From positions 541,213-573,212 of the forward strand of contig NC_001263.1 in assembly GCF_000008565.1 (NCBI RefSeq): a DNA stretch of 32,000 nt, given 5' to 3'. This DNA is from Deinococcus radiodurans R1 = ATCC 13939 = DSM 20539 (GTDB taxonomy: Bacteria; Deinococcota; Deinococci; Deinococcales; Deinococcaceae). Of this stretch, positions 7,380 to 16,442 are shown one piece after another. The notes beneath the pieces are model-generated. The model was given only the letters and a program-made list of their open reading frames with translations. It did no database searches and was not told the DNA's origin. How positions within the stretch are numbered: position 1 is the first letter of the stretch; the number at the start of each line of letters is the position of its first letter. Both the position numbers and the translations under genes were made by a program.

Positions 7380-8057
7380 TCAGCGAGCAGGCAGCAGATG
7401 CGCGGGCACGTCGCCGATCAGGCCGTCCACCCCCAATGCGGCGAGCCGTTGCACGTCGGCCACCTCATTGACGGTCCAGGCATTGACCCGCCAGCCCCGG
7501 CGCCGGGCCATTGATATGAGCGGTGCATCAATGAGTTGGTGCTGCGGATGCAGCGCCGCACAGTCCACCCAGCGGCCCACAGCTTCCGGCAGATTCAGGG
7601 GGCCGAGGCGGTAGGGCCGGTGATACAGCAACCCACGTTCGACCTCCGGCGCGAGTTCGCGGGCGGCCCGCAGCAGCAGCGGATTGAAACTGCTCACGAT
7701 CACGCGGCGGCTCAGGCCATGCACCCGAATGCTGTCGAGCATACGCACCACCCGGTCGTCAGGCAGAGGAGACTCCCACTTGAGTTCCAGATTGACGTAA
7801 GCCTCACAGTCGACAGCCCACGCTAGGACTTCGGGCAGCGTCGGCACCCGCTCGGGCAGTTCAGCGCGGGTCAAGTGGGGCAATTGGCGGCCATCCGGCA
7901 GGGCTGCGTCGTGGTGGACCGCCAGCGTGCCATCGGCAAGGCGGCGCACGTCGAGTTCGATGCCGTCGAGCCCGGCGTCTAAGGCCGCTTGAAAGCTGGC
8001 CAGAGTGTTTTCGGTGTGTTCGCGGGGGGAACCGCGGTGGCCGAGCAGCAGGGGCAT
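7380..8057 (-). CDS. Glycerophosphodiester phosphodiesterase (GDPD family, cytoplasmic UgpQ-like)
   Basis: MPLLLGHRGSPREHTENTLASFQAALDAGLDGIELDVRRLADGTLAVHHD matches the GDPD signature HRG...ENT...E.DV....DG..V..HD. No signal peptide. Confidence 0.85.
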   Translation of the reverse strand: MPLLLGHRGSPREHTENTLASFQAALDAGLDGIELDVRRLADGTLAVHHDAALPDGRQLPHLTRAELPERVPTLPEVLAWAVDCEAYVNLELKWESPLPDDRVVRMLDSIRVHGLSRRVIVSSFNPLLLRAARELAPEVERGLLYHRPYRLGPLNLPEAVGRWVDCAALHPQHQLIDAPLISMARRRGWRVNAWTVNEVADVQRLAALGVDGLIGDVPAHLLPAR

Positions 8058-8059
8058 GG

Positions 8060-8159
8060 GCTCAGGGTAGCGGGCCTGCCTGGTGTGGTCGCCCGCAGGA
8101 GCACCAGTGGGATTAAGCCCCCCCGGATGCCTGCGCGCCTCCCAGCCGCTACCCTGAGC
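8060..8159. repeat. Perfect 14-bp inverted repeat bracketing the whole divergent intergenic region
   Basis: GCTCAGGGTAGCGG (8060-8073) and CCGCTACCCTGAGC (8146-8159) are exact reverse complements. Each arm ends 2 nt from a start codon (8057 minus strand, 8162 plus strand). Confidence 0.9.
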
Positions 8160-8161
8160 AC

Positions 8162-8845
8162 ATGGCTAACCTCAGCTCCTCCACCGTGATGCTCACAGGC
8201 GCGGGCGGCTCGCTCGCCAACGCCATTGCCCAGGAACTCGAAGACGCGGGCGCCCAGATGGTGCTGGTCGGGCGCGGCGAAGACCTGGCCTGGGCGGCGG
8301 ACCGCTACCCGGCCAAGGACGTGCTCGACCTCGACCTGACCGACCCCGCCAGTGTGGAGGCGCTGCGCAAGGTCAAGGTGGATACCCTGGTCCACACTGC
8401 CGGTCACTACAGCGTGCAGGACATCCAGAAAGCGGGCGCGGAAGACTACGCTGACATGTTCGACTCCAACATGCTGACCCTCTTTCACGCGGTGCAGGGT
8501 GTGCTGCCCGCCATGCTCAAGCAAAAAGACGGGCAGGTGCTGGCGGTGAGCGCGGGGCAGGCAGCGCGGCTCAGCGGCCCCAAAGCGGCGCTCTACACCG
8601 CGAGCAAGGCGGCGGTGGCGGCGTACATCCTGAGCCTGCACGACGAACTCAAGGGCAAAGGCGTGCGCGGCTGCGTGCTCTACCCGATGGGCGCCGTGGA
8701 CACCCCCGAAAACCGCGACGAGGGCATGAAATGGGACGCCATGATCGACCCACGCGGCCTCGCCAAGAGCGTGGCACATATCCTTTCGCGCCCTGACCGC
8801 GCTCACATCACCGAGTTGAAGGTCTACCCAGACGAGGAAGAGTGA
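8162..8845 (+). CDS. Short-chain dehydrogenase/reductase (SDR) family oxidoreductase
   Basis: Glycine-rich NAD(P) motif VMLTGAGGSLANAI and catalytic YTASKAAV (YxxxK). Confidence 0.85.
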   Translation: MANLSSSTVMLTGAGGSLANAIAQELEDAGAQMVLVGRGEDLAWAADRYPAKDVLDLDLTDPASVEALRKVKVDTLVHTAGHYSVQDIQKAGAEDYADMFDSNMLTLFHAVQGVLPAMLKQKDGQVLAVSAGQAARLSGPKAALYTASKAAVAAYILSLHDELKGKGVRGCVLYPMGAVDTPENRDEGMKWDAMIDPRGLAKSVAHILSRPDRAHITELKVYPDEEE

Positions 8846-8921
8846 GCTACCTGCACTCAGACTCAGACAGCCTCCCCGACCCCCGCAAAGCATGGGCTAA
8901 GCTCCGGGGCGTGAGGAACAG

Positions 8922-9689
8922 ATGATTTCGGCGATGATGCTCGCGGTCATTGGCGTGGGACTGCTCGCCGGGGTGCTGGGCGCGATTCTGGGTCTGGGCG
9001 GCGGCGTGGTGGTGGTCCCGGCGCTGGAATTCGTGTTGCCGCGCTTTGGGCATGACATCACCATCAGTCAGGCGGTAGCAGTGTCACAAATCGGCGTGCT
9101 GGCCGTGGGCCTGAGCGGTGCCGCCGCCTACTTGCAGCAGGGTTTGGTTCGCGCTCGCACCGGCTACCTGCTCTCCCCCTACACCATTATTGGCGGGGCA
9201 GTAGGCAGTTTCCTGGGCCTCGTGCTGCCTGCCCGCGCAGTAGCGACCGTGTTCGCGTTACTGCTCTTTTACTCCGCTTACAACCTGTTGCGTGGTCTCA
9301 AGCGGGTCGAGGTCGAACGCGAGCCGTCGAAGTTGGTGCCTCCCGCCATGACTTTCGCGGGCGTCATGAGCGGCCTGCTCGGGATCGGCGGCGGCACGGT
9401 GCAGGTGCCGGTGCTTAACCTGATGCAGGGGATGCCGATCCGGCAGGCCATCGCCACCTCGACCTTCATTATGGGTCTCACCGCCGTAGGGAACGCATTG
9501 GTCTATCAAGCGGGCGGCCTCCTCGATGTGAAACTCGCTGCTGGAGTTGCTCTGGGCGTCCTTATCGGTGCCAAAGCCGGAGCGAGTCTGCAAAGCCGTA
9601 TCCCCGCCGCACAACTCAAGCTCTTTTTCAGCTTGCTGCTGATCTTTACTGCCGGGCAACTCCTCTGGAAGTATTGGGGGCACGCATGA
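8922..9689 (+). CDS. TauE/SafE (TSUP, DUF81) family anion exporter membrane protein
   Basis: Polytopic protein with duplicated halves. The typical [22 protein letters not shown] motif recurs as [19 protein letters not shown] lies upstream of the ATG. Confidence 0.85.
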   Translation: MISAMMLAVIGVGLLAGVLGAILGLGGGVVVVPALEFVLPRFGHDITISQAVAVSQIGVLAVGLSGAAAYLQQGLVRARTGYLLSPYTIIGGAVGSFLGLVLPARAVATVFALLLFYSAYNLLRGLKRVEVEREPSKLVPPAMTFAGVMSGLLGIGGGTVQVPVLNLMQGMPIRQAIATSTFIMGLTAVGNALVYQAGGLLDVKLAAGVALGVLIGAKAGASLQSRIPAAQLKLFFSLLLIFTAGQLLWKYWGHA

Positions 9690-9961
9690 CCGGGCCTGAG
9701 CGCACGCCGGACACCGAACTCGCTGGGCTGCCCAGTTGGCTGTATCCGGCTGGTTTCTGGGTCGCCGTGGTTTTGCTCGCTGTAGGCGTCCTCTTTCCTG
9801 ATTTCGCGGTTTTGGGTGTGGCCTGGGTGGGTCTGGTGCCGGTGCTCGCGGCCCTGTGGGTTTTGGTCACGGGCTGGCAAAGAGACCGCCGCCTGGGGAT
9901 GGCGGCGGCGCTGGCGCTGGCGGGGTTGGGGTTGGTGGTGGTAGTCAAGGGATTTCTCTAA
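9686..9961 (+). CDS. Small hypothetical membrane protein (~91 aa)
   Basis: The ATG at 9686 overlaps the TauE stop (ATGA). There are 2-3 hydrophobic helices ([46 protein letters not shown]) and GC-rich third codon positions. No recognisable family. Confidence 0.5.
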   Translation: MTGPERTPDTELAGLPSWLYPAGFWVAVVLLAVGVLFPDFAVLGVAWVGLVPVLAALWVLVTGWQRDRRLGMAAALALAGLGLVVVVKGFL

Positions 9962-10322
9962 AGCCACCCTGATCGTAGGTAAAGGTCTTGCCACTTTGTG
10001 AAAGAGCACTAATGGTATAAGCAGTGCCACTGCTGGTAACCGTAACTTGTGATTGTTTGACCGATGCCGGCTTGCTCTGCGCATTGACACCCAGTGCTGG
10101 ATCCTCACAACTGGTTGGTGGGGGACTTGGCAAAACTCCTAGATCGTCTCGTGAGATTTCAAGCGCTGAGGCGCAATGGCGAAGGTAGGATGTCGTGGCG
10201 CTGTCATAAGCTTTACTTCTGGCGCCCGCGAGGCTAGGTACAAGCACAGAGATGAGAATGGCGATTATCGTCATCACTACGAGAAGCTCGATCAGTGTGA
10301 ATGCCTCAGTGGCCTTTTGCAT
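9945..10322 (-). CDS. Type IV pilin-like protein (paralog of the pilin at 11916-12392) with an atypical Ala at the -1 cleavage position
   Basis: MQKATEA/FTLIELLVVMTIIAILISVLVP is a class III (prepilin) leader plus hydrophobic helix. AAGGAG lies 9 nt upstream of the ATG at 10322; the ORF track extends to 10358. It shares ARxKAxDSATxSYxRxC and KTFxxD motifs with the downstream pilin. Confidence 0.75.
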   Translation of the reverse strand: MQKATEAFTLIELLVVMTIIAILISVLVPSLAGARSKAYDSATTSYLRHCASALEISRDDLGVLPSPPPTSCEDPALGVNAQSKPASVKQSQVTVTSSGTAYTISALSQSGKTFTYDQGGFREIP

Positions 10323-10436
10323 CAAGTGCAGCTCCTTTACCTTGGAACTGTAAAACATCTGTGAGAGAGAATGGGTTTCCCAACGGACTTCCAGAGCTTC
10401 TGTCTTTAGTGAGGCGAGTGACAGTTAAGATTGACG

Positions 10437-11873
10437 ATGATGAGTCTGGCTCAGCAAGATGCGAATACTTTTCGCCTGGCATGGTTTGCCCGGGCCTGGG
10501 CCATAGCGGTCTGGTTACATCTGGCTGCTGAGCCCAGGGGTGCGTGGGCGACGCAACCGCCACTAGCCGTCCTCTCTGTGCTACTAGCCTTGGCAGCGGC
10601 AAGAGCGTTTCTCGCGCCGCGTGATAGACGTGCTGTGCTGGCCTTGTGTGTCTTACTCCCTTTGCATGCCTGGGCTGAGGCACCCGTAGTGGGCAACCAC
10701 TGGGTACTCGCTGCCCTTGTGAGTTTGAGTTTTTGTCTGGACGCAGTTCGCCGTTTTCTTTTGCCTTCTTCCTCCTTCATGCCTGGAGAGCTTGTGCGGA
10801 GTGCCCGGCTGACTCTGCTGATCGCCTATGCGTTCGCCGCATTTGCCAAGCTGAACTGGGATTTCCTGAACCCGGCTGTCAGTTGCGCGGTCTTTTATCA
10901 GGATCAACTTGTTCGGTCCTGGAACCTGCCAGATCTCAGCGTTGCTTCTGTGCCTGTATTGGGCCGGTCCTTGGCTGTATTGACTGTCGTGATTGAGTTG
11001 GCGGTGGCAAGCTTACTAGCATTTTCCCGCACGCGGCGCTTCGGGCTGGTGCTGGCGTTTGGCTTTCACTGGATGCTGGCCCTGGATCTGGAGCAGCACT
11101 TCTGGGACTTTTCCTCTGTCCTATTTGCTGGATTTCTCCTCTTTCTGGACGATGGGCAAGTGGCCTGGCTGCGTCAGCAGTTCGGAGCGTGGCCTAAGTG
11201 GCGACCCAGGCCTTTTTTTCTGCCCCTCCTGATCGGATGCTTGGGTGCGGCAATAGCCGTCCTTAACATCTTGCCGCTGGAGTTGGGCTCCGCCGCCACC
11301 TTGCAGCAATGGGGACATGTGGCTTGGTGGGGCTACGGAACCGCTTGGGTAGGTCTGATAGCAGCCAGCCTGTTTGCTCCCAAATTGCCCTCGCATCGCG
11401 CTTACGAACGGCACCGTGTTCCGGCGATACTCTTGGTGCCGCCCATTTTAGCTGCTTTCAACGGTTTAACTCCGTATCTGGAAATCAAGACAGGTTTCGG
11501 TTGGAACATGTACAGCAATCTCAAGACGGTGGCGGGTCAAACGAATCACCTGCTTTTGCCAGGAACCTGGGATTTAACGGGCGCCCAACGCGAGCTGGTA
11601 CAGATCGTGTCCTCCACCGACCCGGCCTTGCAGCGGCTTCATGACGAGGACTACGGCCTGACCTTCTCCGAATTCAAAAATTATGCCCACCGTTTTCCAA
11701 ACAGTGCCGTGACCTACCGCTGGCAGGAACGGGTTCACCACGCCCCCCGTCTGGGGGACGACCCGGTAGTGCAGGGGTCGGTCAATGTGGCAGCTCAGAA
11801 ACTCATCTCCTTCCGGGCAGTGGACTTGCAGGCGGCGCAGCGTTGCCAGCCGAATTTCAGCCCGGCCCGCTAA
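10437..11873 (+). CDS. Polytopic membrane protein, possibly HTTM (vitamin-K-carboxylase-like) domain family
   Basis: About 10 hydrophobic segments. N-terminal FRLAWFARAWAIAVWLH and GNHWVLAALVSLSF resemble HTTM-domain motifs, but that is a weak assignment from memory. There is a soluble C-terminal ~130 aa. Start could be TTG 10431 or ATG 10437/10440. Confidence 0.65.
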   Translation: MMSLAQQDANTFRLAWFARAWAIAVWLHLAAEPRGAWATQPPLAVLSVLLALAAARAFLAPRDRRAVLALCVLLPLHAWAEAPVVGNHWVLAALVSLSFCLDAVRRFLLPSSSFMPGELVRSARLTLLIAYAFAAFAKLNWDFLNPAVSCAVFYQDQLVRSWNLPDLSVASVPVLGRSLAVLTVVIELAVASLLAFSRTRRFGLVLAFGFHWMLALDLEQHFWDFSSVLFAGFLLFLDDGQVAWLRQQFGAWPKWRPRPFFLPLLIGCLGAAIAVLNILPLELGSAATLQQWGHVAWWGYGTAWVGLIAASLFAPKLPSHRAYERHRVPAILLVPPILAAFNGLTPYLEIKTGFGWNMYSNLKTVAGQTNHLLLPGTWDLTGAQRELVQIVSSTDPALQRLHDEDYGLTFSEFKNYAHRFPNSAVTYRWQERVHHAPRLGDDPVVQGSVNVAAQKLISFRAVDLQAAQRCQPNFSPAR

Positions 11874-11900
11874 AACAAAACCGCCCCGGAGGGCGGTTCT
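11872..11900. terminator. Bidirectional rho-independent terminator between convergent genes
   Basis: AAAACAAAA-CCGCCC-CGGA-GGGCGG-TTCT. A 6-bp GC stem and tetraloop are followed by TTTTGTTTT on the minus strand (strong for the pilin gene) and TTCT on the plus strand. Confidence 0.7.
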
Positions 11901-11915
11901 GAGAAGAGGTGGGGA

Positions 11916-12392
11916 TTAGTTGCTGCCGGTACCAGTGCCGGTGCCAGTGCCGGTACCAGTGCCGGTACCAGTGCCGGTGCCGGTGCTGGTGCTGAAGGTG
12001 CAGGCACCAGTAGCGCCAGTGCCTTCGCCCATCTTCGCGCCGTCGAAGCAGAAGGTCTTGTTGGTCACGCTGGTGGCAGTAACGGCAAACTTGCTACCAG
12101 TACCATCCAGGCTGTAAGCGCCTGCCGCAGTGATTGCACCAGGGGTAGCCACAGCGTTGGTACCCAGGTTGGCCGTGCTGTCGCAGTTGCCAGCAGCAGG
12201 CAGGCGGCCGTCAGCACCACGGGCCACTTCCACGGCGGTGTAGCAGTTGCGGATGTAGCTCTGGGTGGCGCTGTCGTTGGCCTTGGCGCGGGCGCCCAGC
12301 AGGTTGGGGATCAACACGGCGGCCAGGATGCCGATGATGGCGATGACGATGAGCAGTTCGATCAGGGTGAAGCCTTGGGTGGTGTTCTTCAT
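11916..12392 (-). CDS. pilA: Type IVa pilin (158 aa) with a C-terminal (Thr-Gly)10 tail
   Basis: MKNTTQG/FTLIELLIVIAIIGILAAVLIPNLL is a canonical prepilin leader with the G-F cleavage site, Glu5 and a hydrophobic helix. AGGAGA lies 6 nt upstream of the ATG at 12392. The ORF track's 337-aa version is an upstream in-frame read-through. There are two Cys pairs. The terminator is at 11872-11900. Confidence 0.9.
   Translation of the reverse strand: MKNTTQGFTLIELLIVIAIIGILAAVLIPNLLGARAKANDSATQSYIRNCYTAVEVARGADGRLPAAGNCDSTANLGTNAVATPGAITAAGAYSLDGTGSKFAVTATSVTNKTFCFDGAKMGEGTGATGACTFSTSTGTGTGTGTGTGTGTGTGTGSN
11925..11984 (-). repeat. Imperfect 6/12-nt tandem repeat (ACC/ACT GGC/GGT)x10 encoding the (TG)10 pilin tail
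   Basis: Read directly. The minus strand reads ACC GGC ACC GGC ACT GGT ACC GGC ACT GGT ACC GGC ACT GGC ACC GGC ACT GGT ACC GGC, then AGC AAC TAA. Confidence 0.9.
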
Positions 12393-12825
12393 GGTGAATC
12401 TCCTGTGGTTCGGCGCGGCGGATAAGGTATGTATGGTCCCGCGTTGCCTACTTATGGCATTGGCAGTGACGGGGATTCCCGCTCCTGCTTGGCCGTAGAG
12501 TAATCGGAAGTTTCTAACATTTCTCTTACGCGGCTTGACGTTGCCTTGAGTCGGACCCCAGCGAAAGTTTTGGCCGGCTGGACGCGCTTGAGCCTTTTGG
12601 GAAAGTACGGTACAGGTTCTGTCAGACGGTGAGGCCGCGGCCAAGGCCCGGGCCAGGGTGCTATGCTGCCGGGCAGTTCGGCCCGCCTTCGCCCCCGGCG
12701 AGGAGCAGGCGAATAGAGACGCTGCTTCAGGCAGAGTCTCCCAAACCATTTCACTTCCTCCCTGGCGTTGCGGCCCCCTTTGCCGGGCCTGCTCGCCGCC
12801 TTGTCCGGGAAAGGGGCCAACCGCC

Positions 12826-14172
12826 TTGGAAACGACTCCGCGTGTGCCGCCGCACAGCAACGACGCTGAAATCAGCGTGCTGGGCAGTGTGCTGCTCGAC
12901 AACGACACCCTCGCCGCTCTGGGCGACACCGTGACCCCCGAAATGTTTTACCGCGAGGGCCACCGCAAGATTTTTGCTGCCATGCGCCAGCTTCAGGACC
13001 ACCGCGAGCCGGTCGACCTCGTGACTCTGTCCGAGCACCTGCGCGTTGCGGGCGAACTCGACAACGTGGGCGGCAACGCTTACCTCATCGGCCTATCCGA
13101 GCAGGTGCCCACCGCCGCTTACGCCGAGCACTACGCCCGCATCGTGCAGGAGAAGCACACCCTGCGCCAGCTGATTCAGGCGTCGGGCAAGGCGATGCAG
13201 CTCGCCTATGAGCAGCAACTTCCGCTCGAAGACCTGCTCGATAAGGCCGAGAAGATGATTTTCGAGGTCGCCGAGCAGAAGAAAAAGGGCGAGGCGTTCC
13301 AGGCGATGAACGAGGTCGTCTCCGACACTTTCGAGTACATCACCCTGCTGCACGCCAACAAGGGGATTCCTGACGGCGTGAGCAGTGGCTTTCGCGACCT
13401 CGACGAGCAGATTTCGGGCTTGCAGAAGGGCAGTCTGAACGTGCTGGCGGCTCGCCCGAGCATGGGGAAAACTGCCTTCGCCCTTTCTATAGCCCAGAAC
13501 GTCGCCTTGCGCGGCGAAAAGACCGTTGCGGTGTTCAGTCTGGAAATGCCCGCCGTGCAGCTTGCTCTGCGTATGTTGTGCAGCGAAGCGCGGGTGGATA
13601 TGAACCGCATCCGCAGCGGGCACCTCAACGAGCGCGATTTCGAGCGGCTGGCGCACGCGGCGGGGCGGCTCGCCGAGGCACCGATGGTCATCGATGACGA
13701 ACCCGACCTCACGCTCAACGCCCTGCGCTCCAAGCTCCGGCGGATTGCCGCGCAGCACGGGCAGCTCGGTCTAGTCGTTATCGACTATCTGCAACTGATG
13801 TCGGGCGGCAAGTCCTCGGGCGGGTCGGACAACCGCCAGCAGGAAATCAGCACCATCTCGCGCGGCCTCAAGGGGCTGGCGCGTGAGCTGGAAGTGCCCA
13901 TTGTGGTTCTCAGCCAGCTCAGCCGCGCGGTCGAGCAGCGGCCCAACCACCGGCCCATGCTCTCGGACCTGCGCGAGTCGGGCGCCATCGAACAGGACGC
14001 CGATATCGTGATGTTCATCTACCGCGACGAGTACTACAACAAAGAAACCGACCAGCAAGGCATCGCTGAAATCATCATCGGCAAGCAGCGCAACGGCCCG
14101 GTCGGCACGGTCAAATTGCAGTTTCACAGCGCCCATGTCCGTTTCAACGACCTGGCGCCGGAGGGGATGTGA
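12826..14172 (+). CDS. dnaB: Replicative DNA helicase DnaB
   Basis: N-terminal PPHSNDAEISVLGSVLLDND, Walker A ARPSMGKTAFAL, and further DnaB motifs (IDYLQLM, SRGLKGLARELEVPIVVLSQLSR, SDLRESGAIEQDADIV, IIGKQRNGPVG). The start is uncertain. TTG 12826, preceded by GGGAAAGGGG, gives 448 aa. The track's GTG 12658 adds an implausible Cys/Pro/Arg-rich extension. Confidence 0.9.
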   Translation: METTPRVPPHSNDAEISVLGSVLLDNDTLAALGDTVTPEMFYREGHRKIFAAMRQLQDHREPVDLVTLSEHLRVAGELDNVGGNAYLIGLSEQVPTAAYAEHYARIVQEKHTLRQLIQASGKAMQLAYEQQLPLEDLLDKAEKMIFEVAEQKKKGEAFQAMNEVVSDTFEYITLLHANKGIPDGVSSGFRDLDEQISGLQKGSLNVLAARPSMGKTAFALSIAQNVALRGEKTVAVFSLEMPAVQLALRMLCSEARVDMNRIRSGHLNERDFERLAHAAGRLAEAPMVIDDEPDLTLNALRSKLRRIAAQHGQLGLVVIDYLQLMSGGKSSGGSDNRQQEISTISRGLKGLARELEVPIVVLSQLSRAVEQRPNHRPMLSDLRESGAIEQDADIVMFIYRDEYYNKETDQQGIAEIIIGKQRNGPVGTVKLQFHSAHVRFNDLAPEGM

Positions 14173-14921
14173 TGGCGGAGGAAGGCAAGAGCGGGCCACG
14201 GCCCAGGCAGGGCGAGCAGCCCCAGAAACGGCAGGGGCCCCCGCAAGGCCAGGGCACCCAGCAGGCGCAGGGCGGCCAGCGGCGGCGACGGCGGCGGCGC
14301 ACCCCGCCCCAGCAGCCGCAAAACCCGCGCCCTGGACAGGTCACGAACACCACCGCCACACCGACCCCGGCCCCACCCAAAAAGCGCGGCCAGAAGCGGC
14401 CAGCCGGCGAGCCGCGCATCGGCGTGGGCTGCATCGTGCTGCGCGGCGAGGAAATCCTGCTGGTGCGCGAGCGGGGACGCTGGTCGCTGCCCAAGGGCGG
14501 GCTGGAAGCGGGCGAGCTCATTCAGGACGGCGCCCGGCGCGAGACTTTTGAGGAAACCGGACTGGTCGTCGAACTGCGCGACCTCGCCTTCATCGTCGAG
14601 TTTCAGGCCGAAACCTGGGGGCACCACCTCCAGTTCTTCTACACCGGGCGCGAGGTGAGCGGCACCCTACAACCGCGTGACCCCGACCGCGACGTGCAGG
14701 AGGCCCGTTTTATTCCCATCCGGCAACTGCGCGAATTTATCCGCTTTCGCCCCCGGCTGGTCGCGCTCGAAACCTGGCTGCGTGAGCGCCGGCCCCGGCA
14801 CTTCGTCTTCAACCTCGACAAGGAACCCGCCATGCTCCGTAAGCGCCGGCGGGTGGGGGAGGGCGGCGTCGTCGTGCCAGTTCCCAGTTTGGACGATGCC
14901 GACGGCGAGCCTGACTTTTAG
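14172..14921 (+). CDS. Nudix hydrolase with an ~85-aa basic low-complexity N-terminal extension
   Basis: Nudix box GGLEAGELIQDGARRETFEETGLVV (GX5EX7REUXEEXGU). The start (GTG 14169 or ATG 14172) overlaps the dnaB stop (14170-14172). Confidence 0.85.
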   Translation: MAEEGKSGPRPRQGEQPQKRQGPPQGQGTQQAQGGQRRRRRRRTPPQQPQNPRPGQVTNTTATPTPAPPKKRGQKRPAGEPRIGVGCIVLRGEEILLVRERGRWSLPKGGLEAGELIQDGARRETFEETGLVVELRDLAFIVEFQAETWGHHLQFFYTGREVSGTLQPRDPDRDVQEARFIPIRQLREFIRFRPRLVALETWLRERRPRHFVFNLDKEPAMLRKRRRVGEGGVVVPVPSLDDADGEPDF

Positions 14922-14984
14922 TCGTGCTCTGCTTTGAAGCGGCGCCCCGAGGAGTCAGGGGGCGCCGCTTCAAGTTCAAGTTTT

Positions 14985-16343
<1,359 letters not shown>

Positions 16344-16442
16344 CTTCCCGTTATAGGCCGCAGAAGAGCGGAGAAGTGTAGCGGAGAATAACAGGGCTTC
16401 ACGGCGTTTTTACGCAGCGGCCTGCGCTCTACACTGCTGCCC

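Noticed and set aside
7979-8893. 304-aa minus-strand ORF
   Set aside because: It is antisense to the SDR gene, which has the TGxxGxxG and YxxxK motifs, and runs across the divergent intergenic region. Its composition is His/Arg/Gly/Val-rich, as expected of a shadow ORF.
11925-11984. Possibility that the short tandem repeats (here and at 26301-26380) are CRISPR arrays
   Set aside because: The units are 6-15 bp and directly adjacent, with no unique spacers and no cas genes. They are simple tandem repeats.
11920-12117. (PV)n ORF on the plus strand
   Set aside because: It is the antisense reading of the pilin (TG)10 repeat.
12452-12468. TTATGGCATTGGCAGTG resembling the left half of the Deinococcus radiation/desiccation response motif (palindrome TTATG...CATAA)
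   Set aside because: The right half is not the complementary ACATAA, so the palindrome is broken. I found no convincing full RDRM-like palindrome elsewhere in the window.
12658-12825. N-terminal 56-codon extension of the dnaB ORF and the 337-aa version of the pilin ORF (to 12929)
   Set aside because: Both extensions are Cys/Pro/Arg-rich read-throughs of the intergenic region. The conserved protein N-termini and SD sequences sit at 12826 for dnaB (TTG, uncertain) and 12392 for the pilin.
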